Below are positions 23,233 to 34,573 of a stretch of DNA of 64,000 nt, piece by piece. Source of the stretch: Octopus bimaculoides (Eukaryota); contig NC_068994.1 in assembly GCF_001194135.2 (NCBI RefSeq), positions 45,055,487 to 45,119,486 of the forward strand, in the 5' to 3' direction. The position numbers and the translations under genes were made by a program. Below the pieces are notes generated by a model. It saw only the letters and a program-made list of their open reading frames with translations, was not told where the DNA came from and did not search any database. Positions within the stretch are counted from its first letter, which is position 1. The number at the start of each line of letters is the position of its first letter.

Positions 23233-26200
23233 GTAAAATATAGGGTAGTGAGTTTTTTTAGAGATTTCACTACCAATGGCCTAGCATGTGTAAAAAGTCA
23301 ATAGACAACATATTTTCAATATAAAATAGTGTACATTTAAACACAAGAGAAAACTGCCTTCAGCAGGCAGTTTTNNNNNNNNNNNNNNNNNNNNNNNNNN
23401 NNNNNNNNNNNNNNNNNNNNNNNNNNNNNNNNNNNNNNNNNNNNNNNNNNNNNNNNNNNNNNNNNNNNNNNNNNNNNNNNNNNNNNNNNNNGAGAAATCT
23501 TCAAAAGGAATGAAAAATAAAAACTTTTACCATATTTTAATTTGGTCGGACCTAGGTTTCAAAATTTTTTAGCAAATAAAATAATTTGCTAGGCGAAATT
23601 TCTCATCACGCCAAAACACTAACATATAATTAAGAGACGAATAACATGTGACTCGTCGTTATATGTTAGTGTTATGGTGCAATCACTGATGAGAAATTCT
23701 GCCTAGCAAATTATTTTATTTGCTAAAAAATTTTGAAACCTAGGTCTGACCGGATTAAAATAACAAGGTAAAAGTTTTTATTTTTCATTCCTTTTGAAGG
23801 TTGCTCTTAAATGTGGTTTTGGCCGTTTTGACTACTTCTCCTAGCATGTAAAAACTGCCTGTTGAAGGCAGTTTTCTCTTGTGTTTAAATGTACACAGCC
23901 CGGAACTACAGCAAAAGACACTTGCCCAAGGTGCCACACACTGGGACTGAAACTCAAATGGTTGGGGAGCAAACTTCTAAAACCACACAGCCATGCTTAA
24001 TAACAAAAACAATGATGACAACAACAACGAAATGATAAGTCATTATCTACTACTACTACTACTACTACTGCTACTACTACTACTACTACTGCTACTACTA
24101 CTACTACTACTACTACTACCACTACCACTACATAATCATGACAACAGCAGTCAGTGTTTGCTCTATTTGTTCTATTTCTTGTTTTTCCCTTCAAGAGACA
24201 TCTGCATAGTCAACGCAAACCGAGAGAAGGGGAGAGTTTGTTGGTGGGCTGACATAGACAGAGACAAATTGTGGAAAACAACAGCATCAACAACAACATC
24301 GATGATGATGATGATGGTCGGTGCCAACCACCACAATGGTCAACTGAGTAACGCCTGCAGTCTACGCTACATCCAATACACGCATCTGTCCCTCTTGCAG
24401 AAGGTGTATGACTACCTGCAACAGTTGCTTCAAATTGTGGGAGACGGATGCACAATCTGTGGCACTGATGAACAGGTCATCGTCAAGGTAAGAACAATGG
24501 TGCACACACACACACACACACACAAAGAGATGCACCAAAATCTATGGAGAGAATAACAGAGGGAACAGTTTGGGAGTAGGAGTAATGGAAACAGGGAGAG
24601 AGGAAAGGGAAGGGGTCCAAAGTGTAATGGTGAAGGGGTAGGTTGGGTTGATAGACCTAGGGGTATATATGCATGTGTGTGTGAGGAGGTTATATCAGTC
24701 TAAAATCTGGTGATGTTGTTTGTGTCATATCCCTTTATGACCTGTAAATTAGTGGTGCAACAAATAGAGATCAATAAAAATATCTGTAGTCAATTAAATC
24801 AACTAAAGTATTTGACTGGAAAGATGGAAAGCAAAGTAGGCTTTGATTGGTTTTGAACTCAAAGCATAAAGTTACACCAATAAATATTGCAAAGCATTTT
24901 GTCCATCACCCTAACAATTCTGCCAGTGTACTACCAATATGTACCATATTTACTCATAGGTCGCACCCCTAATTTAGTGTTAAATCTTGGTACAAATTTT
25001 TTTCCTACCACAACTTTGCTCCATGTATAAGCCACATACCAGGTTTTTAAGTTAAAATCATATAAAATATTGCAACTTATACATGACCAAATACAATATT
25101 AGTAAAAAAAATGTTTTGTCGCAAAAGATGAACTTAATAGTGATAAACACTATAACCTTTGTATTGTATTGGTGCATAATTAATGACTTTTTTTTTAATT
25201 GTAAATAAAACCTGTAAATTAAATTATGAAATTGTCATTAATTATGCACCAACCCAATAGTTTTTCCCATGATATTATTTCAGATTCTGATGGTAAAAGA
25301 TGCCATAGATTTATGGCTCAGATGCCAAAGAGATGAAATGTTGGACGAAAATGAAACTGATGAGGAAAGAGATACTAAGGAAGCTGAAGACGTAAAGGGT
25401 TCAACAGATATCGACAGTCTGGTGGCCGAGGGCAAGAAAGGCTCTAGCATGACCATAAGTAACAGCAGCAGTAGTAGCAACAAATATGCAGTTTGTCTCA
25501 ACACCTTAATAGTGGACAGAGATGGCATGCTTGGTGCTGGCAGGAACTGCTCCAAGAGCCAGCTGCTCGATGCTGTCCAAGAAGGGGACAGTACCAGAGC
25601 CATGACTGAGAGGACAATGGGGAGCATGACATGAGCCTACATACTTGAACAATGGGTGTTTAATGGAGCAAGAATCTCCATCAAATTTGACTGTTGGACA
25701 TCACAGTGATACACACACCTCAGTCCTCTCTCGTTTACCCAGAAAATAAAAACAATCATCACTGAAAAAGGATCTTAGAGTTTTAGAATCAGGAAATAAA
25801 GAATAAGTTAAACCTTGTTTGTTTTAGAATTACTTGGTGTACCACAACCACAAAATGACCACCACCACCACACTACATAATTATATTAGTTGAAGGCACA
25901 TGGCTTAATGGTTAGGGTATTCAGCTCACAACTGTATGGTCAGGAGTTTGATACTCAGCATTGCATTGTGTCCTTGAGCAAGACACTTTATTTCATGTTG
26001 TTTCAATCCACTCAACTGGCAAAAACGAGTAGTGCCTGTATTTCAAACCGGCAGCCTTGTCACATTCTGTATCACATTGAAAATCCCTGAGAACTTTGTT
26101 AGGGATATGCTTAGCCTCTTGCATCTTAATTTCACAAGCAGGCTGTTCTGTTGATTGGATCAACTGGAACCCTTGTCGTCATATTAGTCCTCACTACCAC

Positions 26201-29200
26201 ACTAAATAGTCACATTACCCAAACTACATCACTCATCCTCACAACTACACTACAAGTACTATGTCTGCACTACTTACCACATTACACCAAACATCCCATA
26301 CAGCCCTACACTTGTCCTCAGGGGTGCTGAAAAGTTCTTGGCTTTGGGTAAAACAAAATACAGGAGGATCAGTTAATTATGATTTTATTCAACATATTCC
26401 CCTCTCAGATTGCAGCAGTCCTTCAGTTTTTCTAAGCCCTGTGAAAGAACTTGGAAGGTTGGACCTCCAACCAGGCCTTTCACGATACCCTTAAAGCCAA
26501 GAACTTTTCAGCACCCTCTCATATACATGTACTCAGAGCAACATTATACACCCTAGACATTACTACAACTCTGTATTCCACACATCCTCATTACCATACC
26601 ATGCCATCAAACCTACACTCCAATCAGCCAATCAATCACACCATTTCAAAGTCAGCAACAAGGACCAGGATTAGACTAAATCCTTGAGACTTTTTAAGAT
26701 ATAGAAGCTACAATTACTTGCAAATATTTCCTTAGTTAATGAAATAACGGTAGCAGCTGCCATAGAAGCTGCAGTAGTCACTGCTGCTGCAGCCGCTGTT
26801 GCCAATGCCACTACCACTTTAAAAACTTTGGGTGTCTTAAGCCAATAAGGTTGCCTTTATGTGGTCTCTTAATTTGCTAAAAACAGCAGCTAAGTTTCCC
26901 TTAAATCTCACCCTGCTGTCTTATGAAAAGGTCAGATTGGATGATGTAGTCTTCGATACACTATGGGAAAAAGATGGAATGAAAGAATGGTAGAATGTCT
27001 GATCCAGAGCTGAGATGGGGTGAAACAACAACTGCTCTCTTTCACTCTGTCTGTCTGTCTGTCTCTCACTCTCTCTCTCAATACACATACAAAATTAGAT
27101 AAAGTAGAATACAAAGGATTAGCACACATGAAAAAGGTCCTTGTCACTTGGTTGCACAGCCAGTATGTCATAGGCTTGGATGTCTGCAGAATGCTGTAAG
27201 AACACAAAAACAATAAAGAGCATGGTTAATGAAATTGCAACATGGCAGCACAGAAGATAGAGAAGAGATATGTGAAGCAATGCAAATGGCACACAGACAG
27301 GTACTAACTAACGCAAAAGACCTTTATTTTATCATCACTGTGTCTTACTTAACTCCAATGCAGCTCTGATTGATTAGATCTATAATCAAACATGTTCCAA
27401 TCATAACTATTCCATCCATTTGTGAGATATTCTTGCTTTAACTCCACTACCCAAAGTTTCTTATTAAAGGGATAGGATGTGCTCTGAGAGAAATTTGGCC
27501 GCTGTTTCTAGCTTGTCAAGCAATCACCTAGAGGATGATTCTTCAGTGGCTCTTGTCATTGTGTCAAGTGTTTTTTGTTAGTTAACTTCCATAGTCAGTG
27601 GGGCTATGATATGAAGATAGCAATCACAACATAGCTGAACATATATTAACCCATCTCATCAAGGGAGAGCAAACTTTACTTAGTTTGTGGATAAAGATTT
27701 AGTTGTTATTTTCAACAGATCAAGTGATGACATAAAAGCTAATCCCTTAATGGGGTAGGGGTCCTCAAACAGGTTGGTATTAAATGGGTTAACATACTCT
27801 CACAACAAAAAACATGTAAACAAATTACTCACCAAATTATGAACCTGCTCTGCCTTGGAGAATATTAAAGTCAAACGAGAGAGCTGCTTCAGTTTAGAAC
27901 CAGTATCCTGCAGCATAACATTGTACAACATAATATAATTTGTGTAGAAGAGGTACAATATTATATATATACTGTGGTGTGAAAGTACAATATTATAAGT
28001 AGTAGGTGATCGATAAGGCCCCAAGATACCTGGCACTTTGCTGTATTCAAGAAGACCCATCCTTCATAGCAGAAGTGTTAAGGTCACTTGTGACCCTGGT
28101 GAAGAGGATTATCCTGTGGGAGTTGTGTGCCAGTGCCACATAAAAGTGTTTGTTCAGTGGCATGTTAAAAGCACCCAGCACACAGCACACACTGTAAACT
28201 GGTTGGCATCAGGAAGAGCATCCAGCTGTAGAAATCAAGCCAAATCAGACTGGAACTGGTGCGGCTCTCCAGCTTGCCAGCTCTGGTCAAACTGTCCAAC
28301 CCATACCAGCATGGAAAACAGACATTAAAGGATGACAACGATGATATATACATACATACACACACATGTATATTTATTCCACATACATTTTCTATACCAT
28401 ATTTTTATAGGCAATAGCCTTGTTGGGCATATCAGTTCAAAGACTGACCCAACAGACCAATGAACCATAGATTGTGTGAAGGCCAAATTCACACACACAC
28501 AATGACGACCACCACCACCACTGCCACCACCGTCATCATCATTTAATGTTCGATTTTCATGCTGGCATGGGTTTAACAGTTTGAATGGAACTGGTGAGCC
28601 AGAGGCCTGTACCAAGCTCCAATGTCTGCTTAGCCATGGTTAATAATGATTATTTATTCACATTGCTTTGAATGAATCAGGCCTTATTTCGTAGCTTCAA
28701 ACACAACTGAAAACAATACCTCTGCCTTCACTAAGATGGAGGTAAAAATTGACAAAGCTGGAATAAATACGGCCTTTTGACCAAACAGACAGGAATGATG
28801 GGTAACGCCTGAAAGAAATCATGAATGGATATAGAAAGAAAAACAGCAAGAGAGGAGATAGATGTTGACCAGCAAGCTAAGTGTCCAGTGGCAAAAGGCA
28901 GAAAGATGGGAAAATTAGTCACGGGTCACGTGTGGACAATAGATAGAAGGGAAGGAGGATGAAAGAGAGGGAAAGAGAGAGCAGTAGAGAGAACAGGGAA
29001 GGAAGGAAGTGAGAAAATCTACAATTATGAGTGAGATGACGAGAGAGAGGAAGAGAGGAAGTTGGGATGGTAGAAAAGGAATATGCGAAGTTCTCAGTCT
29101 TATCATTAAAGGCATGAAACTGTGTATTAGTATTTCGGTTGATAACTGATGAAGAATTAGGGTCCCTCTGTTTCTGTCCTATGTGTACATTTTTGTAGTA

Positions 29201-31720
29201 TTTAATGCACTTTTCATTTACTGAGTAACTGAACCCCACACATCCCAGCTTTATATATATATATATATAAAACAAATAATAAATGAGTATATGCATATAT
29301 ACGTACAGGTATGTGCATACTTACGTCTACCTGTATATATAGGTGCATATCTGGGTACAGGACATTGCAAACAAAACGTAGACAAGAAAATAATAATAAC
29401 CAGAGTACAGAACACACACAGGCCACATAGAGAACATTTTCCTTCATCAGCTACCCCCATTCTAACACAGGCGATATATATATATGATGGGCTTCTTTCA
29501 GTTTCTGTCAGCCAAATCCACTCACAAGGCTTAGCCTGGAAATATAGTACAGGACACTTGCCCAAAGTGCTGTGCAATGGAACTGAATCCAAGACCACAT
29601 GGTTAGGAAGCAAGCTTCTTAACCACATGTATATATTTGATATTATACCCCCTCTCCCCCCTGTATGTTATACTTACAGTGAGCTGCACACTACTGTGTA
29701 GTCTTAAATTATGTTCCGGTAAAAGAATGTCATGGGGATCTTTTAACTGTTTCTTCTGAAAATATAAAACATGTATATATATATAATATTAGGGATAAAA
29801 TCCAAAATTACAGGTAAAAACTCACTTATACACTCTTCATCCGCCTCCCCATATACACACACAACACCAAGTCCCCACCATAACCTAGTCACCTACCTGG
29901 TTTTCACCTTTTCCTTTCGTCTTGCCAGTAGGTGGTGGAAGTACTATGTTGTTGATTGCGACCTGTCTGTAGCCCACTGCAATTGAAGAGAGAGACATAG
30001 ATTAGTGACACTCACCGTCACCATCATGTAATGTCAAGACAAAAAAACACAAGGTCTCACACACACACACATACATACACATATATACAATGGGATTCTT
30101 TCAGTTTCCACCTATCAAATCCACTCATAAGGCTTTGGTTTGCTCAGGGCTTAGAAAAAGGCAACTGTCCATGCTGCCCCACACAATGGGACTGAATCCA
30201 GAACCATGCTTCCAGTTTATGGTGGCACACACAGTGAACAAATAGTCGTAGCCATCTTTGACTGATCTTCTCACTAACTTTCAGCAGGTCTCCAAAAAAG
30301 GCATTCATTTTTCATATGTTGCTGTCATTTCACATTTAGGGCCATTCATAGCATTCTTGGGAAAATTAAGCTTTAATCGATTCAATCAGAACACCAGAAT
30401 CAAGACACACTGACTGAATTACAAAGCAAAACTATTTCATATTGGACACTTGCCCAAGATACTATGCAGTGGGACTGAACATGGAACCATGTGGTTGGGA
30501 AACAAGCTTATTCCCAGACAGCCGTCAAATTTTCATACGAGTCTTATTTGTTTGTATTAAATATTGTGACATTGTTTCGTTTCTATACTTCCTTTTTCTC
30601 ATGTTATTTTTTACACGTGTTGCTATTTTCACATGCTTGGTTAAAACCTGCTATAGTCAAGTGATAAATAAATTTTGTTGCTTTGCAACTTTTTTTCTTA
30701 CACTGCACAGTTTTTTTCTAGAATGTGCAGTTTTGTGAGAAATTGTTTTCTTCTTATCTGACTAGTTCAGGCTTTGCTGGGGCATGACCATTTCCATAGT
30801 GTGACACTTATTTTAATGACCTAGGAAAGACAAATGACAAAGTAGATTTGGGACAAATTTAGCAGTCAGAATATACAGTAATGAAAACCAAGTAACAAGG
30901 CATTTTGTCTGATGTTCTGCCGATTATGCAACCCACTCTCAGGCATTAGACAGATCTTGCATTCAGATTACTCTGTCAAGTGTAATACTTGTTTATTCAC
31001 ATGGCTTTGAATTAATCATGTATGGGTGTATTTAGATTAACATATCAAAATTTGATATTATATATTCATGCATTTGTGTAAAGATGTGTAAATGTGTATT
31101 CATGTCTTGTTACGTGTGTGTATGTGACTTTGTAAGAGTGTGTATTTTGGTGTATACCTGTGAGCTTTTCTGTGTATACACATGTGTGTGTATGTGTGTA
31201 GATGTGAGAGGCTGGACCTGGCCAGTTTGAACATAAAACAGGAAGAGTATTTGGACTGGATATGGCTTTAGCTACTTGAAAACACAATAGAGTTCTGACG
31301 CCTCTCAATTGAAGCTGGATGACTCGTAATAATAATAGTTACTAACTTACACCTCATCAAATTATGATCATAGTCCACCAGTGAGATATGCACTTCATCT
31401 TGAGAAACACTAATGTAATGGCTTCCCCCACTGGCTTATCTTAGCTTGGTTTGGCTATGGTGATAACAATGGTGGTAATGGTGATAAAGATAAAACTAGT
31501 GGTGGTGGTTGTGAGGATGGTGGCACGTAAAAGCACCCACTACACTCTCGGAGTGGTTGGCGTTAGGAAGGGCATCCAGCTGTAGAAATTCTGCCAAATC
31601 AGTTTGGAGCCTGGTGTTGCCATCCGGTTTCATCAGTCCTCAGTCAAATAGTCCAACCCATGCTAGCATGGAAAGCGGACGTTAAATGATGATGATGATG
31701 ATGTAGTGATCCAAATGAAG

Positions 31721-31767
<47 letters not shown>

Positions 31768-32712
31768 TTATTTTTAATAGCTTCATCAGAGGAGAAAGAA
31801 CAATACCTAAATCAGCCCTGGTCAAGTAAACTGACGGATGAAAGGCATTCCAGCTTTGATTACACTATCCCGTCTCATACCATCCCATCCAGTCTTTATA
31901 GACATGGTTGTTTGTCTCAGTCTTACCAGTGTCCTTCAATTTGTTTAAAGATGGTCCCAGTTCAATTTCTGAGAGATTTCGAAGCTATTTTGAGCTGGTA
32001 GAGCATCTATATAGCAGCTCCATATAGTTATGATGATGGGGGAGGAGGAGGAGGAGGAGGGAATGCAATTAGGATCTATTTCTGCAATTAGAATTGATGA
32101 TGGTCATCGTCATGATGACAATGGCAGCAATGATGAATGATGATGGTGGTGGTGGTGGAGGTGGTGGTGGTGGTGATGGTGGTGGTGGTGCTAGTGGTTA
32201 TGATGAGGATGGTGGTGGTGGTGGTGGTGGTGGTTATGATGATGATGGTGGTGGTTATGGTGGTGACTATGATGATGATGATGGTGGTGGTAGTGATACT
32301 GGTGATGATGATGATGATGATGATAACGTTGGTGATGATGCAAAGTAGTAATGAAAAAGATTATGAAAATGGGAGTAGTAATGGTTTCTATTCAATGTCA
32401 GAACAAAATAAAGGATAAATGCATGGAGGGAGGAGTGTGAGGGCAGGGCAGGGCAGAATCTGTTGTGATGGTGGTGGTGGTGGTTGTGTGATGGAGGGGG
32501 ATAAGAACTCTCCACTAACAGAGACAAGGTCACACAAGCCAGTGTCTTTCCACTAAACACTTAACCTCCCCCCCCCCCCNNNNNNNNNNAGTGAGTAGGG
32601 GCTAGTGGAGAAGGCAGAAAAAAAAAATAGGTAAGAATGGAAGCAAAGTGAAAGGAGAAGAGAATGGGAAGAAAAAGAGAGAAAAAAAATGGAGACAGAC
32701 ATGTATTTGTGT

Positions 32713-32751
<39 letters not shown>

Positions 32752-34235
32752 AGAGGGTGTGCTGGAGAGATGGCAGTGATGAGAAAACAAACAATGACAT
32801 GCCATCTCAGTGAGGTAGTGGAGCAACACTTACTCTGACCACTGTTGCAAGAGGGACCTTCTATGCAGTTGCTCAATCTGCTGGAAATAGCAGCCAAATC
32901 ATCACTAAATCAAGAGTCACTGCCTTAAATGAACACAGGTATGTTGGATCATGCAGTCAGTCAGAGATATACAAAATGATGGTGGTCATGGTTGGAACGT
33001 CATTGATCATAGGTACACTTAATCATAACTACTCCTTTATAATAAGAGGGCTATCTGTTCTTCTAAATAAAAAAAAACAAACCTTTCAGTCAAGAATGAC
33101 CATGGGATTGCACCTAGAAAGTTCCCCCTCTGAGGCACAAGTCCAAGCATCAATGCTATCCAAGGGAAAGGCAAAGGCCGATACAGCTTGGCACCAATGA
33201 CATTGCAACTAATTTCTATAGTTGAGTGAATTGGAGCAACATGAAATAAAGTGTCTTGCTCAAGAAAACAACACACAGCTCAGTCAGGAAACCGAATTTA
33301 CTGCCTCATGATTGTGAGTCCGACACTCTAATCACTGAGCCATGCGCCTTCACATATCTGTCCCTCTATCATACTCTCGTGGAGGCGTAATGGCCCAGTT
33401 GTTAGGGCAGCGGACTCACGGTTATAGGATCGCGGGTTCGATTCTCAGACCGGGTGTTGTGAGTGTTTATTGAGCGAAAATGCCTAAAGCTCCACGAGGC
33501 TCCGGCAAGGGATGGTGGCGAACCCTGCTGTACTCTTTCACCACAACTTTCTCTCACTCTTTCTTCCTGTTTCTGTTGTACCTGTAATTCAAAGGGCCAT
33601 TTTGTAAGTCCATGATCAAACAGACCTATGGTGTAAAGTATCTTAGTTGTGACCATTCCATCTTATTTTCAGGCACAGTATATCTAGGACTACATTATCC
33701 TATATACCCTTAACCTTTTCTTTTCCAATTTTTTTATTTGAGATAGAAGGGTGATGATGATGGTGGTGTGATTTGGTTGCTATTTCTAGCAAGCTAGGCA
33801 ATCAAGTGGAGGCTATCTCTTAGTAATGTAAAAGTAAAAAGAAAAGGAGGTGGTGGAGATGATGGTGGTGACAGAGCAGTGATATTGTAGTGGTGGTGAT
33901 GGGGTCGGGTAATGTGTTTGTGTGTGTATGTGTCTGTTTGAGCATGTGTATGCCAATAGTTGTTATATGGTGGTGGTATGTGCATGTATGTGAAGAGTGT
34001 TGATATACCTGAAGGACGAAAGAGAGGAAAACAACAGTGTATCTAGGGCTACATTATCCTATGTGTCCCTACCCCTTTTTTGTGATAGAAGGGTGTGATT
34101 TGGCTGCTATTTCTAGCAAGCTGAGCAATCCAGTGGAGGCTAACTCATAGTAATGTAAAATAGGAAAAGGTAGTGGAGATGGTGGAGGGTGGTGACAGAG
34201 CAGTGATGTGGTAGTGGTGGTGGTGGTGGTGGTGA

Positions 34236-34267
<32 letters not shown>

Positions 34268-34542
34268 AGCATATGTTTGCCAAAAGTTGTTATGCAGTGG
34301 TGGTGTGTGAAGGGTGTTCATATACCTGAAGGATGAAAGGGAGGAAGATGAGGGAGTAGGGGGGTCTGAAGGTGAACTAAGATAACTAACAAACACAGCT
34401 GACCTTGAAATATCCAATAATATGAGAGGTAGAAAGGAGAAAGAGAGAGAGAGAGAGAGAGAGAGTGTGTGTGTGTGTGTGCGCGCGTGTGCATGAGTGT
34501 GCGTTCTTAGTGCCAGCCATGTGTAAGTGTGAAAGTGACTGA

Positions 34543-34573
<31 letters not shown>

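Noticed and set aside
32094-32418. Gly/Asp-rich and Met/Val-rich ORFs
   Set aside because: They are translations of a (GGT)/(GAT) microsatellite with no splice support.
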